From assembly GCA_036676395.1 (NCBI GenBank), contig JAKFCY010000002.1, positions 1,824,001-1,888,000 of the forward strand: DNA of 64,000 bases, read 5' to 3'. The position numbers and the translations under genes were made by a program. The notes beneath the pieces were generated by a model. The model searched no databases. It had not been told where the DNA came from and saw nothing but the letters and a program-made list of their open reading frames with translations. Below are positions 49,539 to 59,300 of the stretch, in pieces. The stretch comes from Bdellovibrio sp. (GTDB lineage Bacteria; Bdellovibrionota; Bdellovibrionia; Bdellovibrionales; Bdellovibrionaceae). Every line of letters starts with the position of its first letter. Position 1 is the stretch's first letter.

Positions 49539-50413
49539 TTAAGCTTTTTTCCTTTTGGTAAAATCACTAACACCATCAATTGTGAAGCTTGCCCTTGGGT
49601 AAACTTAATGCTGCCACCTAATTTTTCCACTAAAAAACGCGTAAGGTACAAACCTAAGCCATTGCCGTGCGAAGATTTTGGCTGGATAAAGTTTTTACCT
49701 AATTCATTAATATTACCGGTAAAGGCTTGGCCGTTGGCTTGAAATTGAATTTCAATTTCGCTGTTTACGGGTTTTACTGCTAACTGTAATTTAGTCGCTT
49801 TACCATGCATCACTGCATTTTGAATTAAGTTACGAAAAACACTGCGAAGAGCTAATTCATCACCAAACACTTGCGCATCACTGGTCATGCTGAATTCTAA
49901 CTCTGGCCATTCATTACGAATCGCCGACATAACAGAAGAGATTTTCACATCTTGCAGGTGTAACACCTGAGTTTCACCGCGGGCGACCCACAATGAGTTT
50001 TCTAACTGCAGATCCAACTGATTCATATTTTCACCAAAACGGTTTAATACCTGTTGGTCAAAATTATCGCGAAGTAAATCTGATTGTAGTCTTAATCTTG
50101 AAATCGATGTTTTTAAATCATGAGCGAAGTTTCCAAAAAACATACGAATCTGTTCCTGGCGCTCTAAATCTTTTTTCGCCAGAATAATTAATCCAACACC
50201 ACCTATGATAACTGCCAAAAAGAAAAACAATCCTTCTGACATAATCATGCGGTTTGAGCGGGCGAACCCTTCACCCGACATTAAAGTCTTCATAGCCTCA
50301 AGCTGGCGCAGACTTAATAGCCACCACCACATCGTCAATGCCCCGATTAACACGAGCCATAAAATCGATAGGTAAAAGCGCAGTCTGCTTTGCGAGAGAG
50401 CTTTCGGATTCAC
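49535..50413 (-). CDS. Sensor histidine kinase with two TMs and a short loop
   Basis: H-box FAHDLKT, N-box [17 protein letters not shown]. Confidence 0.92.
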   Translation of the reverse strand: MNPKALSQSRLRFYLSILWLVLIGALTMWWWLLSLRQLEAMKTLMSGEGFARSNRMIMSEGLFFFLAVIIGGVGLIILAKKDLERQEQIRMFFGNFAHDLKTSISRLRLQSDLLRDNFDQQVLNRFGENMNQLDLQLENSLWVARGETQVLHLQDVKISSVMSAIRNEWPELEFSMTSDAQVFGDELALRSVFRNLIQNAVMHGKATKLQLAVKPVNSEIEIQFQANGQAFTGNINELGKNFIQPKSSHGNGLGLYLTRFLVEKLGGSIKFTQGQASQLMVLVILPKGKKLK

Positions 50414-51696
50414 GCTAGTGATTCTCCTAGGATTTTCACCATGTCATTAATCACTTCATCTGTGTGAGCCAATGATAAAAACCCAACTTCATAAGCGTTC
50501 GGCGCTAAATATAAACCGCGATCTAATGAATTTAAGAATAATTTTTTAAAAGTTTCTTTTTGTTCTGCCGGAATTTGTTCAACCTGACGTAATGGAAGAC
50601 CAGAAGCTGTTTTATTGTGTAACCAGAATAAACTGCCGTAACGAACAAAATTTAAAGGTAAATTTAAATTTTTAATCACATCATTGATTTTATTTTCTAA
50701 ATTTTGACCGCGTGTTTCTAAAACTTTCCAGCCATCGACGCGCTCCATTTTTTCTAATGTCGCAAGCCCTGCAACCATTCCTACCGGATTAGCACTTAAT
50801 GTACCTGCTTGGTAAACTTGTCCAAGTGGTGCAATTAAATCCATTAGATCACGGCGTCCGCCGTAGCAGCCGACGGGAAAGCCGCCGCCCAAAATTTTAC
50901 CGTAAGTCACAAGGTCTGGCTTGATTTGTAAAATTTCAGCCATCCCGCCAAGTGCTACGCGAAATCCTGAGATCACTTCATCAAAAATGACCAGCGCGCC
51001 ATTGGCTTTAGCTAGATCGCAGGCTTTTTGGATAAATTCTTTACGTTGAATTAATAAACCATAATTAGCAGGAAGTGGTTCCATGATTAAGGCCGCGATA
51101 TTTTTACCTTCACGCGCGAACACTTCATTTAATGCTGTTTCGTCATCTAATGAAACTGTTAAAGTTTCCGCAGCAGTTTGCGCAGATACGCCGGCGCTGC
51201 TCGATGCGGTAACGCCAGCTAAGCCAGAACCAGCTTTAACAAGCAATGAATCCACATGGCCATGGTAGCAGCCTTCAAATTTTAAAATTTTAGTACGGCC
51301 AGTTGCTGCACGTGCCACGCGAAGTGCACTCATCACAGCTTCAGTACCTGAAGATACAAAACGTAATTTTTCAACCCAAGGAACTCTGGCTTGAATCCAC
51401 TCGCCTAACATTAATGAATAGGGTTCGCAGGCACCGAAGGTCCATGCGGTATCAATCATCTCCATCACTTTTGCTTGAACTTCTGGATCACGATGACCCA
51501 AAATTAATGGACCAAAACTTTGGCAGCAGTCGATATATTTTTTATTTTCAACACTTGTTAAGTAAGCACCTTGTGCTTTGCTAAAAAAAACTGGTGAACG
51601 GCCAAGACCAGCAAAAGATCTTACCGGAGAATGCACGCCACCCGGAGCTACTTTTTTTGCGCGTTCGAAATAATTTTCAGAAGTCATATTACTCAT
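50410..51696 (-). CDS. hemL: Glutamate-1-semialdehyde 2,1-aminomutase
   Basis: [37 protein letters not shown]. Confidence 0.96.
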   Translation of the reverse strand: MSNMTSENYFERAKKVAPGGVHSPVRSFAGLGRSPVFFSKAQGAYLTSVENKKYIDCCQSFGPLILGHRDPEVQAKVMEMIDTAWTFGACEPYSLMLGEWIQARVPWVEKLRFVSSGTEAVMSALRVARAATGRTKILKFEGCYHGHVDSLLVKAGSGLAGVTASSSAGVSAQTAAETLTVSLDDETALNEVFAREGKNIAALIMEPLPANYGLLIQRKEFIQKACDLAKANGALVIFDEVISGFRVALGGMAEILQIKPDLVTYGKILGGGFPVGCYGGRRDLMDLIAPLGQVYQAGTLSANPVGMVAGLATLEKMERVDGWKVLETRGQNLENKINDVIKNLNLPLNFVRYGSLFWLHNKTASGLPLRQVEQIPAEQKETFKKLFLNSLDRGLYLAPNAYEVGFLSLAHTDEVINDMVKILGESLA

Positions 51697-51698
51697 AA

Positions 51699-53183
51699 CT
51701 AAGATTTCCAACTTTCTTCATTTAGATAGATATATAAATTTTTATCAGAGCCTAAAGCCTCTTTGATCGATTGCCACGTTTTACCTGCTCCGCAGGCATG
51801 AGCACAATTTAAAAAATGCTTCTCTTGAGAGGCGTCTAAGACTGTGCGAGCGGCCTGAAACTGGGTAAAGCTTTTCCAGTAGAAAAAATACTTCTCTGTA
51901 GCTAATACATCGCTTTTTAGCTTTGCGATTTCGCCATCTGCCAATTGAATTTGCAGATCGTAGGTGCCGGCATTAGAGGCCTGAGTGTGCGTCAAAGTGA
52001 CCTGCTCTGGGGTAGATTTACCAATAAGCTGTTCAATTCGAGGATCTTCTGATTCTCCTAAGCCTTCGGCGCAACCATTTACCCACACGCCTTTAGCTGC
52101 TAACTTTTGCCAAGTGTTCGTACCGGCAGCCCAAACAACACCTTTGTAAGAATTTAAATCGACTGAACCTGCAGCTTCACTGCGAGCCACCCAAACCAAA
52201 TCAGTTTGCGCGAGCGAGATATCAGCTTTCTTATTTTGGCGGTCGATTGAAAATGAAAATGTATGTTTAATTAAGTCTTGTGGTGGCTTTTTTGAATTTA
52301 ACAATTGATGTGTATTTAAAACTTCACCCTTTGGTGATAAACCTTTAACGATTAAAATATCACCGTAATGACGTTTTAAAACTGTGACACCGATTTTTTG
52401 ATGGCAGCCGCCACCGTAACCTGAAAACACTTTACGTTCATGATTCACACTGTCTGCTGTATCTTTACAGTGAATTTTAGAAAATATTTCTTTTAAATCC
52501 TGACGATCGCTTTTAATTTCGATCGCAAGGGCTCCTTGAGCTGCCGCATTTGGATTTTCACTCAACGGTGGAACAAGCCAATTACATTTTTCTAAATGCG
52601 TTCGGATTTTTTCTTGCACTGGTTTAAATTCTGGATACGGATGTGCCAACAAACGATCAAGTGCTGCTTTTGCTAAAACTAAACCATCAATAGATTCATC
52701 ATCCATCATTTTTTGCATGCGTGTCGGAATATTTCCGCGCACATTGGCAAATTCGATTTTTTCAGTTGTCCATGGTAAGTGTTTACTTAAAAATGGAATC
52801 AAATTATATTCACGTCGCGGTGATGATGAAAAAATGCGAACGTGTTTTTTGTTTAAGCTGGATTTTTTAATTAAAACTAAGTCACGCTGATCAGCGCGCG
52901 GAAGTGTTGCGACAATCTCAGTGCCTGCGGTTGGCTCGACCGGCAGGTCTTTCCACGAGTGCACGATGAAATCAAATTTACCACTCATTAAGTCTTGATA
53001 GAAATCTTGCGTGAATACGCCTTTTTCAGGCATTTTCCACAAAGGATCTGTTAGATTTTTATCACCTAAAGATTCACGAAAAATATATTCAACATCATGG
53101 CCTAAACTTTTTAGCTTATCACCAACCAAGTACCCTTGCAGACGAGCTAAATCGCTCTGTCTGGCTCCTAAAACTAGCCGCAT
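51699..53183 (-). CDS. hemC: Hydroxymethylbilane synthase with C-terminal HemD-like extension
   Basis: [35 protein letters not shown]; about 190 extra residues. Confidence 0.9.
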   Translation of the reverse strand: MRLVLGARQSDLARLQGYLVGDKLKSLGHDVEYIFRESLGDKNLTDPLWKMPEKGVFTQDFYQDLMSGKFDFIVHSWKDLPVEPTAGTEIVATLPRADQRDLVLIKKSSLNKKHVRIFSSSPRREYNLIPFLSKHLPWTTEKIEFANVRGNIPTRMQKMMDDESIDGLVLAKAALDRLLAHPYPEFKPVQEKIRTHLEKCNWLVPPLSENPNAAAQGALAIEIKSDRQDLKEIFSKIHCKDTADSVNHERKVFSGYGGGCHQKIGVTVLKRHYGDILIVKGLSPKGEVLNTHQLLNSKKPPQDLIKHTFSFSIDRQNKKADISLAQTDLVWVARSEAAGSVDLNSYKGVVWAAGTNTWQKLAAKGVWVNGCAEGLGESEDPRIEQLIGKSTPEQVTLTHTQASNAGTYDLQIQLADGEIAKLKSDVLATEKYFFYWKSFTQFQAARTVLDASQEKHFLNCAHACGAGKTWQSIKEALGSDKNLYIYLNEESWKS

Positions 53184-54076
53184 AAATCTTCCCAACCGAA
53201 AGGTCGTACTGTTTGCTTATCCATTTGAGCTAAACGCCACTCATCCACAGCAGCAATAGCTTGTTGTTGTCTGACAGCTAACAAATCCTTTTGTTGGGAG
53301 AAAAACTCCATCACATCTTCTAATGTGATCCAAGATTTAATCTGCGCATCACGTGCCGTAAACATTTTAGCGTCACGGCGTAGATCGATCACAGTTTTCC
53401 ATTTGCGCGGCGACGCCGCGATTAATTGAGCTAATTGATCATGAGAAATTGGCGCTGCAATCACTAAAACATCAGATTGCGGTAATGGCTTCTCTAAAAG
53501 GTGCAAAGATAAATTTCCGCCACCTTCAACAAAGTGCGAGAAATGTTTCATCACCTGAGTTTGCGCTTTTTCAAGATTACGAGCAAACACCTGCACGTTC
53601 TTACTGACTAACCACGGAAGCACATCTTCAACTAAGGCACCCGATCCGATAATTTGCACATGATTTTCATTTTGTAAGACACGGCGTAAATATCCACCGT
53701 AAGATTGTGAACCAAAATTATATAGGTATTTTTCGCGCACACCTTTAATTAATGAAAACCAAATTTGCATGCGTGATTGCCATTGCTGAACCCACGCATG
53801 TTTCGAATTGTTATTAATAAATTGGCGAAATTGCCCCAAGATTTCTGTTTCACCAATCACTGGTGAATGCAGACCGCATAAAACTTCTAATAAAAAAGTT
53901 TCAGCATCAAGGCCCTGTTTAAAACCACGACCGTCGGCTAAAAAAGCTGTCTCATCTAAATAAAAATAAATTTTACGGCGGCAGGTTTCCCATAATAATA
54001 CAGAACTATTATCAATGATAAGAGGAGCTAATAATTGGTTTTCTAGTTCGATAGGCTGATGCCAGAGCTTTAACAT
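53174..54076 (-). CDS. hemA: Divergent, C-terminally short glutamyl-tRNA reductase
   Basis: ETCRR, GLHSPVIGETEILGQ, IIGSGAL, VIDL; first gene of the hem operon. Confidence 0.78.
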   Translation of the reverse strand: MLKLWHQPIELENQLLAPLIIDNSSVLLWETCRRKIYFYLDETAFLADGRGFKQGLDAETFLLEVLCGLHSPVIGETEILGQFRQFINNNSKHAWVQQWQSRMQIWFSLIKGVREKYLYNFGSQSYGGYLRRVLQNENHVQIIGSGALVEDVLPWLVSKNVQVFARNLEKAQTQVMKHFSHFVEGGGNLSLHLLEKPLPQSDVLVIAAPISHDQLAQLIAASPRKWKTVIDLRRDAKMFTARDAQIKSWITLEDVMEFFSQQKDLLAVRQQQAIAAVDEWRLAQMDKQTVRPFGWEDLCG

Positions 54077-54107
54077 GGTTTTAAGATAGCAAAGTTTTCT
54101 CATTTGA

Positions 54108-54125
54108 TTGTCATATGTTTGTCAT
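54108..54125 (+). promoter_or_regulatory. Pho-box-like direct repeat (candidate OmpR/PhoB-family operator)
   Basis: TTGTCAT-ATGT-TTGTCAT, 11-bp period, between divergent hemA and hemB. Confidence 0.55.
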
Positions 54126-54175
54126 GAAAAATAAAAAAAGTTGCTATTTGCTATGACGCTGATAATTTAACCATC

Positions 54176-55156
54176 ATGCATAGACCAAGACGTTTAAGAG
54201 CCAATGAGAATATCCGTGAAATGATCAGCGAGACACACCTTAGCGTGGCAAACCTTATTTACCCTGTCTTTATTTGCGACGGCGAGAAAATCGAAGAGGC
54301 AATTCGCACGTTGCCTGGGCAATCACGCATGAGTCCTGATGTTTTGGCTGAAAAAATCACCATTTGGAAGAAATTAGGCCTTAAAAATTACGCTCTTTTC
54401 CCGAAAATCGATGAAGCTAAAAAAGACTCTGTAGCGAGCGAAGCTTTAAACGATAATGGTCTACTGCCTAAAGCCATTAAATTACTGAAACAAAAACATC
54501 CAGATATTTGTTTATTTACTGACATCGCACTTGATCCGTACTCTTCAGATGGTCATGATGGCATCGTAAAAAATGGCGAAATTTTAAATGACGAGACTGT
54601 GAAAATTTTAGCCGAAATGGCAGTCAAACAAGCAAGCTGGGGTGCTGACTGGGTTTGCCCGTCGGACATGATGGATGGCCGCGTGGATGCCATTCGTGAA
54701 GCCTTAGATGATGCTGGTTTTGTTAAAACAAGTATTCTTTCTTACACCGCAAAATACGCTTCAAGTTTTTATGGACCCTTTCGCGAAGCCTTAGATTCAG
54801 CACCAAAAGCTGGCGATAAAAAAACTTACCAAATGGATATTCGCAATCGCAAAGAGGCCCTTCGTGAAATGGATTTAGACATTTTAGAGGGCGCAGATAT
54901 GGTGATGGTCAAACCTGGGCTTCCCTATTTAGATATCGTCTCTGATTTAAAAACTCATTCGTCAGTTCCAGTAGCCGTTTACAATGTCAGTGGCGAATAT
55001 GCGATGTTGCACTTTGCCGCCCTTGCAGGTGCTCTTGATTTAGAAAAAACGATGATGGAGTGCATGTATGCATTTCGCAGAGCTGGCGCTGATGTGATTT
55101 TAACTTACTTCGCACCAGAAGTTGCGCGCGTACTGGCTATTCAGTCACGCGTTTAA
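54176..55156 (+). CDS. hemB: Porphobilinogen synthase
   Basis: RPRRLR, DIALDPYSSDGHDG (no Zn-binding Cys), SDMMDGR, MVMVKPG, YNVSGEY. Confidence 0.96.
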   Translation: MHRPRRLRANENIREMISETHLSVANLIYPVFICDGEKIEEAIRTLPGQSRMSPDVLAEKITIWKKLGLKNYALFPKIDEAKKDSVASEALNDNGLLPKAIKLLKQKHPDICLFTDIALDPYSSDGHDGIVKNGEILNDETVKILAEMAVKQASWGADWVCPSDMMDGRVDAIREALDDAGFVKTSILSYTAKYASSFYGPFREALDSAPKAGDKKTYQMDIRNRKEALREMDLDILEGADMVMVKPGLPYLDIVSDLKTHSSVPVAVYNVSGEYAMLHFAALAGALDLEKTMMECMYAFRRAGADVILTYFAPEVARVLAIQSRV

Positions 55157-57368
55157 CGCCGATAATGCCTTTGATTTTTTGCAGGGCTAAAATCGAATTA
55201 GAAAGCTGACTTAAATCTTTCACCGAGATTTCAAATATACATACCGCTTTTTTATCGCGAGTCGTTCTGATCTGCGCTGATTCAATATTAATTCCCTGAG
55301 CTGAGAAAGCCTCTGACATTAATTTTAATAAACCCGGAACGTCTTGGCCGATCACTTCAAGTTTTACTTGGCGCTCTTGTCCTGCAGCTGCAGTTTTCGT
55401 TGTCCACGCTACGTCTACCCGGCGCATTTGATCTAATTCAAATACCTTATGGCAATCGCTACGATGGATCATGATGCCCTTACCGCGCGAAATAAATCCC
55501 GAGATTGGATCGCCCGGAATCGGCGAGCAGCATTTAGCAAAATGCACTAACACATCATCCATGCCGTCGACGGAAACCAAAGAATTTGTTTTCCGTTTTT
55601 TACTTTTCGCAGACTTTACAACTTTTTCCATGAAAGTTGCTGATTCACTCTTAGCATCTTTTGACTCTTCAGCTTCGGGCACTAATGCAGAAATTAAATG
55701 TTTGGGCTCGGTTTTTCCGTAGCCGACTTTAACGTAGAGATCTTCAACATCAACGACTCCGCTTTCACGGATGTATTTATCAAAATAGTCGCCCTTTAAA
55801 TACTTTGAGGCAGCCATGCCGAATTTACGAAATTCTTTTTCCACAAGCTCTTTACCCATGGTTAAAGCATTGCGGCGCTGTTCTTCTTTAACAAATTGGC
55901 GCACTTTTGATTTGGCCTTGTTCGTTACAACAAACTTTAACCAATCTTTCGACGGCGTTTGCGTTTTTAGAGTGATAATTTCAACACGATCCCCGTTTTG
56001 CAGGGCGTGTTTTAACGGAACCATACGCCCATTTACGCGCGCTCCGGTGCAAGTATTTCCAAGATTTGTGTGAATCGCATAAGCCAAATCCACCGGCGTC
56101 GAATTTTCTGGTAATTCTTTAACATCACCGCGTGGAGTAAAAACATAAATGTCTTTTTCCATCAAATCGGTTTTTACAGTTTCTAAAAATTCATCTGAAG
56201 ATTCTGATTGCTGATGTAGCGAAACTAACTCACGTAACCAATTGGCTTGCTGTAATTTATCTCCGGATAGACTTCCGCGCTCTTTGTAGTTCCAATGGGC
56301 CGCGATCCCTTTTTCGGCGATCAAATGCATTTCTGCAGTACGAATTTGAATTTCGATACGATCGCCGCCTGGGCCGATCACTGTGGTATGCAGTGACTGG
56401 TAATTATTTGATTTTGGCATTGCGATGAAATCTTTAAAACGGCCCGGAATCGGTTTCCAGATAGAATGGATATAACCTAAAACTTCGTAACATTCGACCA
56501 CGCTGCTGACGATAATTCGAAACGCCAGCACATCGTAAATCTGATCGTAATCTAAATTACGTGAAGTCATTTTTCTATAGACTGACCATAAATGCTTTGA
56601 TCGGCCATAGATTTTATACTGTTGAATATTCGATTTAGCTAAAACTTCACTGACATTTCTTTTAACTTCTTCGATATAACGATCAGTGTCGACTTCAGTT
56701 TTTTCGATAAGCTGCACTAACTCGTAATATTTATCCGGAAACGAATAACGAAAACATAAATCTTCTAATTCAATTTTTAAAGCGCTGATACCAATACGCC
56801 CCGCTAAAGGACAATAAATCTCTAAAGTCTCTTTAGCGATACGATTTTGCTTTTCGTATGGCATATGATTCAGCGTGCGCATATTATGTAAACGATCGGC
56901 TAGCTTTACTAAAACTACGCGCACATCTTTACCCATTGATACGATCATCTTACGAATATTTTCGCCTTGTTTTTCAAAGCTATTACGAAAATTCATTTGC
57001 CCGATTTTAGTTACACCATCAACTAAGTAAGCGACTGTTTCGCCAAATTCACGACGGATATCCTCTAAAGAAACATTCGTGTCTTCAACGGTATCATGCA
57101 GTAATCCTGTCATGATCGTGTCCACATCGAGTTTTAAATCGGCTAAAATTCCAGCGACGTTCAGTGGATGCGAAATATAAGGTTCACCCGAACGACGAAC
57201 TTGGCCTTCGTGAGCTTTTTCAGAAAACAAATAAGCTTTCTCAACAAGTTGCAGTGGTGCTGCAGGATGGTACGCTTTGATTTTTGCTAATAGCTCTTCG
57301 ACGGTTCTTACCGGCTTAGTGGGTAGGCGATCATCAAGATGGGACATCAAAGACATGGGATCTGACAT
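55137..57368 (-). CDS. spoT: Bifunctional (p)ppGpp synthetase/hydrolase (RelA/SpoT homolog)
   Basis: HD hydrolase LHDTVED, RSKH, YQSLHT, TGS, CC..PGD zinc finger, ACT. Confidence 0.95.
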   Translation of the reverse strand: MSDPMSLMSHLDDRLPTKPVRTVEELLAKIKAYHPAAPLQLVEKAYLFSEKAHEGQVRRSGEPYISHPLNVAGILADLKLDVDTIMTGLLHDTVEDTNVSLEDIRREFGETVAYLVDGVTKIGQMNFRNSFEKQGENIRKMIVSMGKDVRVVLVKLADRLHNMRTLNHMPYEKQNRIAKETLEIYCPLAGRIGISALKIELEDLCFRYSFPDKYYELVQLIEKTEVDTDRYIEEVKRNVSEVLAKSNIQQYKIYGRSKHLWSVYRKMTSRNLDYDQIYDVLAFRIIVSSVVECYEVLGYIHSIWKPIPGRFKDFIAMPKSNNYQSLHTTVIGPGGDRIEIQIRTAEMHLIAEKGIAAHWNYKERGSLSGDKLQQANWLRELVSLHQQSESSDEFLETVKTDLMEKDIYVFTPRGDVKELPENSTPVDLAYAIHTNLGNTCTGARVNGRMVPLKHALQNGDRVEIITLKTQTPSKDWLKFVVTNKAKSKVRQFVKEEQRRNALTMGKELVEKEFRKFGMAASKYLKGDYFDKYIRESGVVDVEDLYVKVGYGKTEPKHLISALVPEAEESKDAKSESATFMEKVVKSAKSKKRKTNSLVSVDGMDDVLVHFAKCCSPIPGDPISGFISRGKGIMIHRSDCHKVFELDQMRRVDVAWTTKTAAAGQERQVKLEVIGQDVPGLLKLMSEAFSAQGINIESAQIRTTRDKKAVCIFEISVKDLSQLSNSILALQKIKGIIGVKRVTE

Positions 57369-57384
57369 TCGTTTATTTTAAAGC

Positions 57385-57412
57385 AAAAATCCCGCCTTGT
57401 GAGCGGGATTTT
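57385..57412 (-). terminator. Rho-independent terminator after rpoZ
   Basis: AAAATCCCGC ... GCGGGATTTT. Confidence 0.75.
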
Positions 57413-57473
57413 AACGAATTTTAACAATTCAGACTTTAGACTGTTTATTTAGCGCAAGGTCTGCGACAACAGA

Positions 57474-57713
57474 TTACTTATTTAAGTCTCGTAACATGTC
57501 TTCGCGAGCTGTGTCTGCATCGATTTTTGTATCGAAAATCACGTTACCGATAGCCACTTCACGTAGTGAGTTAACGATATATTTGTTATTACGGGTTGCT
57601 ACTGTGCACTCGCCGCCTTTTAACAATTGTTTCGCGCGTTTAGCCACTAATAGGACTAAAGCAAAACGATTTGGAACTTTATCTAGGCAATCTTCTACGG
57701 TTACACGAGCCAT
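57474..57713 (-). CDS. rpoZ: RNA polymerase omega subunit
   Basis: [29 protein letters not shown]. Confidence 0.96.
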   Translation of the reverse strand: MARVTVEDCLDKVPNRFALVLLVAKRAKQLLKGGECTVATRNNKYIVNSLREVAIGNVIFDTKIDADTAREDMLRDLNK

Positions 57714-57747
57714 GGGACCTCCGGTTTACAAGCTATAAGTTTTAACC

Positions 57748-58323
57748 TTAAGCGAGCCAGGTATCAACGATTTTCTTAAATTCTGCAAAAGAGCGTTCAA
57801 AATCGTCATTAACGATTCTGACGTCAAATTCGTGGGCCTTAGCCATCTCTTTTTCAGCATTTTGCATGCGAACTTCTAGGTCAGGCGGAGGGTTTCCATC
57901 GCGCTTGATGACGCGACGGCGTAATTCATCTAAAGATGGAGGCAAAATAAACACGGTTTTAGCATCTGGGTACTTGCTCTTAAAGGTCGCAACCCCTTGG
58001 ATATCGATATCCATAATCACTACTTTACCCTGAGCCCAGGCTTTTTGTAGCTGTTCGTACGATGTGCCGTAGTGATTCGTGTGAACCTTCGCCCACTCGA
58101 TAAAGAAATTTTCATTCTTTTTCTGTTCGAAGTCTTCAGGTGTAATAAAAAAATAAGGTTTACCTTGGGATTCACCAGTACGCATAGTGCGAGTGGTGTA
58201 CGTAACCAAGTCGTGCAACCGATGATCTTCGGCAGCTAATTTTTCCACGAAACTACTTTTGCCTGCACCACTCGGGGCAGCCACAATAATCATTCGTGTT
58301 GCATTAGCTTTTTCTTTACTCAA
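57748..58323 (-). CDS. gmk: Guanylate kinase
   Basis: APSGAGKSS, TTR, YGT, IDIQG, FILPPS. Confidence 0.95.
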   Translation of the reverse strand: MSKEKANATRMIIVAAPSGAGKSSFVEKLAAEDHRLHDLVTYTTRTMRTGESQGKPYFFITPEDFEQKKNENFFIEWAKVHTNHYGTSYEQLQKAWAQGKVVIMDIDIQGVATFKSKYPDAKTVFILPPSLDELRRRVIKRDGNPPPDLEVRMQNAEKEMAKAHEFDVRIVNDDFERSFAEFKKIVDTWLA

Positions 58324-59206
58324 TGTTTTGCACCTGTTCTCTGATACGTTCGATAAGTGTTTTAGCTTCTACAACAGATTCAGTGATTCCGGCAACCTGA
58401 CTTTTCGATCCAATCGTATTAACTTCACGCAATAATTCTTGTGTATAAAAATCAAGCTTTTTACCTTCGACCACAGAGTTTTCAATTAACTTTTCGAAAT
58501 TTTTTAAATGTTCTGTTAAACGAATAAGCTCTTCGTTGATATCAGCTTTCTCGAGCTGAATGACAATTTCCTGAGAAATGCGTAAAGGATCAACCGACTG
58601 CCCGGCCAATTCTTTTGGCAGACGAGATTTGATTTTCGCTTCGAATTTCTCCTGCAAAAATTTATTAGCGTCATCGCGTAATTTAGAAATTTTTAAAACA
58701 TGTTTTTGCAGATCTTTTAAATTTTTTGAAAGATCTTTTTTAAGCGCTAAGCCTTCACGAATTTTTTCTTGTTCAAATTTCTTTAAAGCCACTTCAAAGG
58801 CTTTTTTAAGCAACGCCATTTCTTGCGGATTAAGACTATCTGTTTCTTCCATCACGATCACATCGTTTTGGCGCGAAATTAAATCAAAACGAATGGCATC
58901 GTTTAATTTTAAATCTTTAGCTAATTTTTTAAATGATTTTAAATATTCTTGTGCAAGCTTTGTATTAATAACAACTTTGCCTGTGGCATGATTTGCTTTT
59001 AGCTTACGCGAAATATAAATATCAACAGTGCCACGCAAAGCGTAGACAGCTAATCTTTTCTTTAAATCAGATTCAAAAATAAAATAAGGCTTCGGTAAAT
59101 GGAAGCGTGTCTCTAGAAATCGGCCGTTAACGGCACGAATACTGATTTCAAGCGACACTTCATTGGTTTGAGCTCGGCAAAGTCCGTAGCCAGTCATGCT
59201 TTTCAT
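58316..59206 (-). CDS. yicC: YicC/YloC family endoribonuclease
   Basis: MKSMTGYG, VNGRFLE, GKKLDF.QE..REVNTIGSK, IREQVQNIE. Confidence 0.94.
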   Translation of the reverse strand: MKSMTGYGLCRAQTNEVSLEISIRAVNGRFLETRFHLPKPYFIFESDLKKRLAVYALRGTVDIYISRKLKANHATGKVVINTKLAQEYLKSFKKLAKDLKLNDAIRFDLISRQNDVIVMEETDSLNPQEMALLKKAFEVALKKFEQEKIREGLALKKDLSKNLKDLQKHVLKISKLRDDANKFLQEKFEAKIKSRLPKELAGQSVDPLRISQEIVIQLEKADINEELIRLTEHLKNFEKLIENSVVEGKKLDFYTQELLREVNTIGSKSQVAGITESVVEAKTLIERIREQVQNIE

Positions 59207-59300
59207 TCTATTATTATCATTCCTTGCATACTAATGCGTCAAAAGTTCAATCTCGATCTTCTACTTTGATCTCGTCAGACAAGACCAAGGTCGTGTTTTT

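Noticed and set aside
55137..55156. 20-nt convergent overlap of hemB and spoT
   Set aside because: Short 3' overlaps recur in this compact genome (also 23422-25, 44301-11); nothing suggests a function
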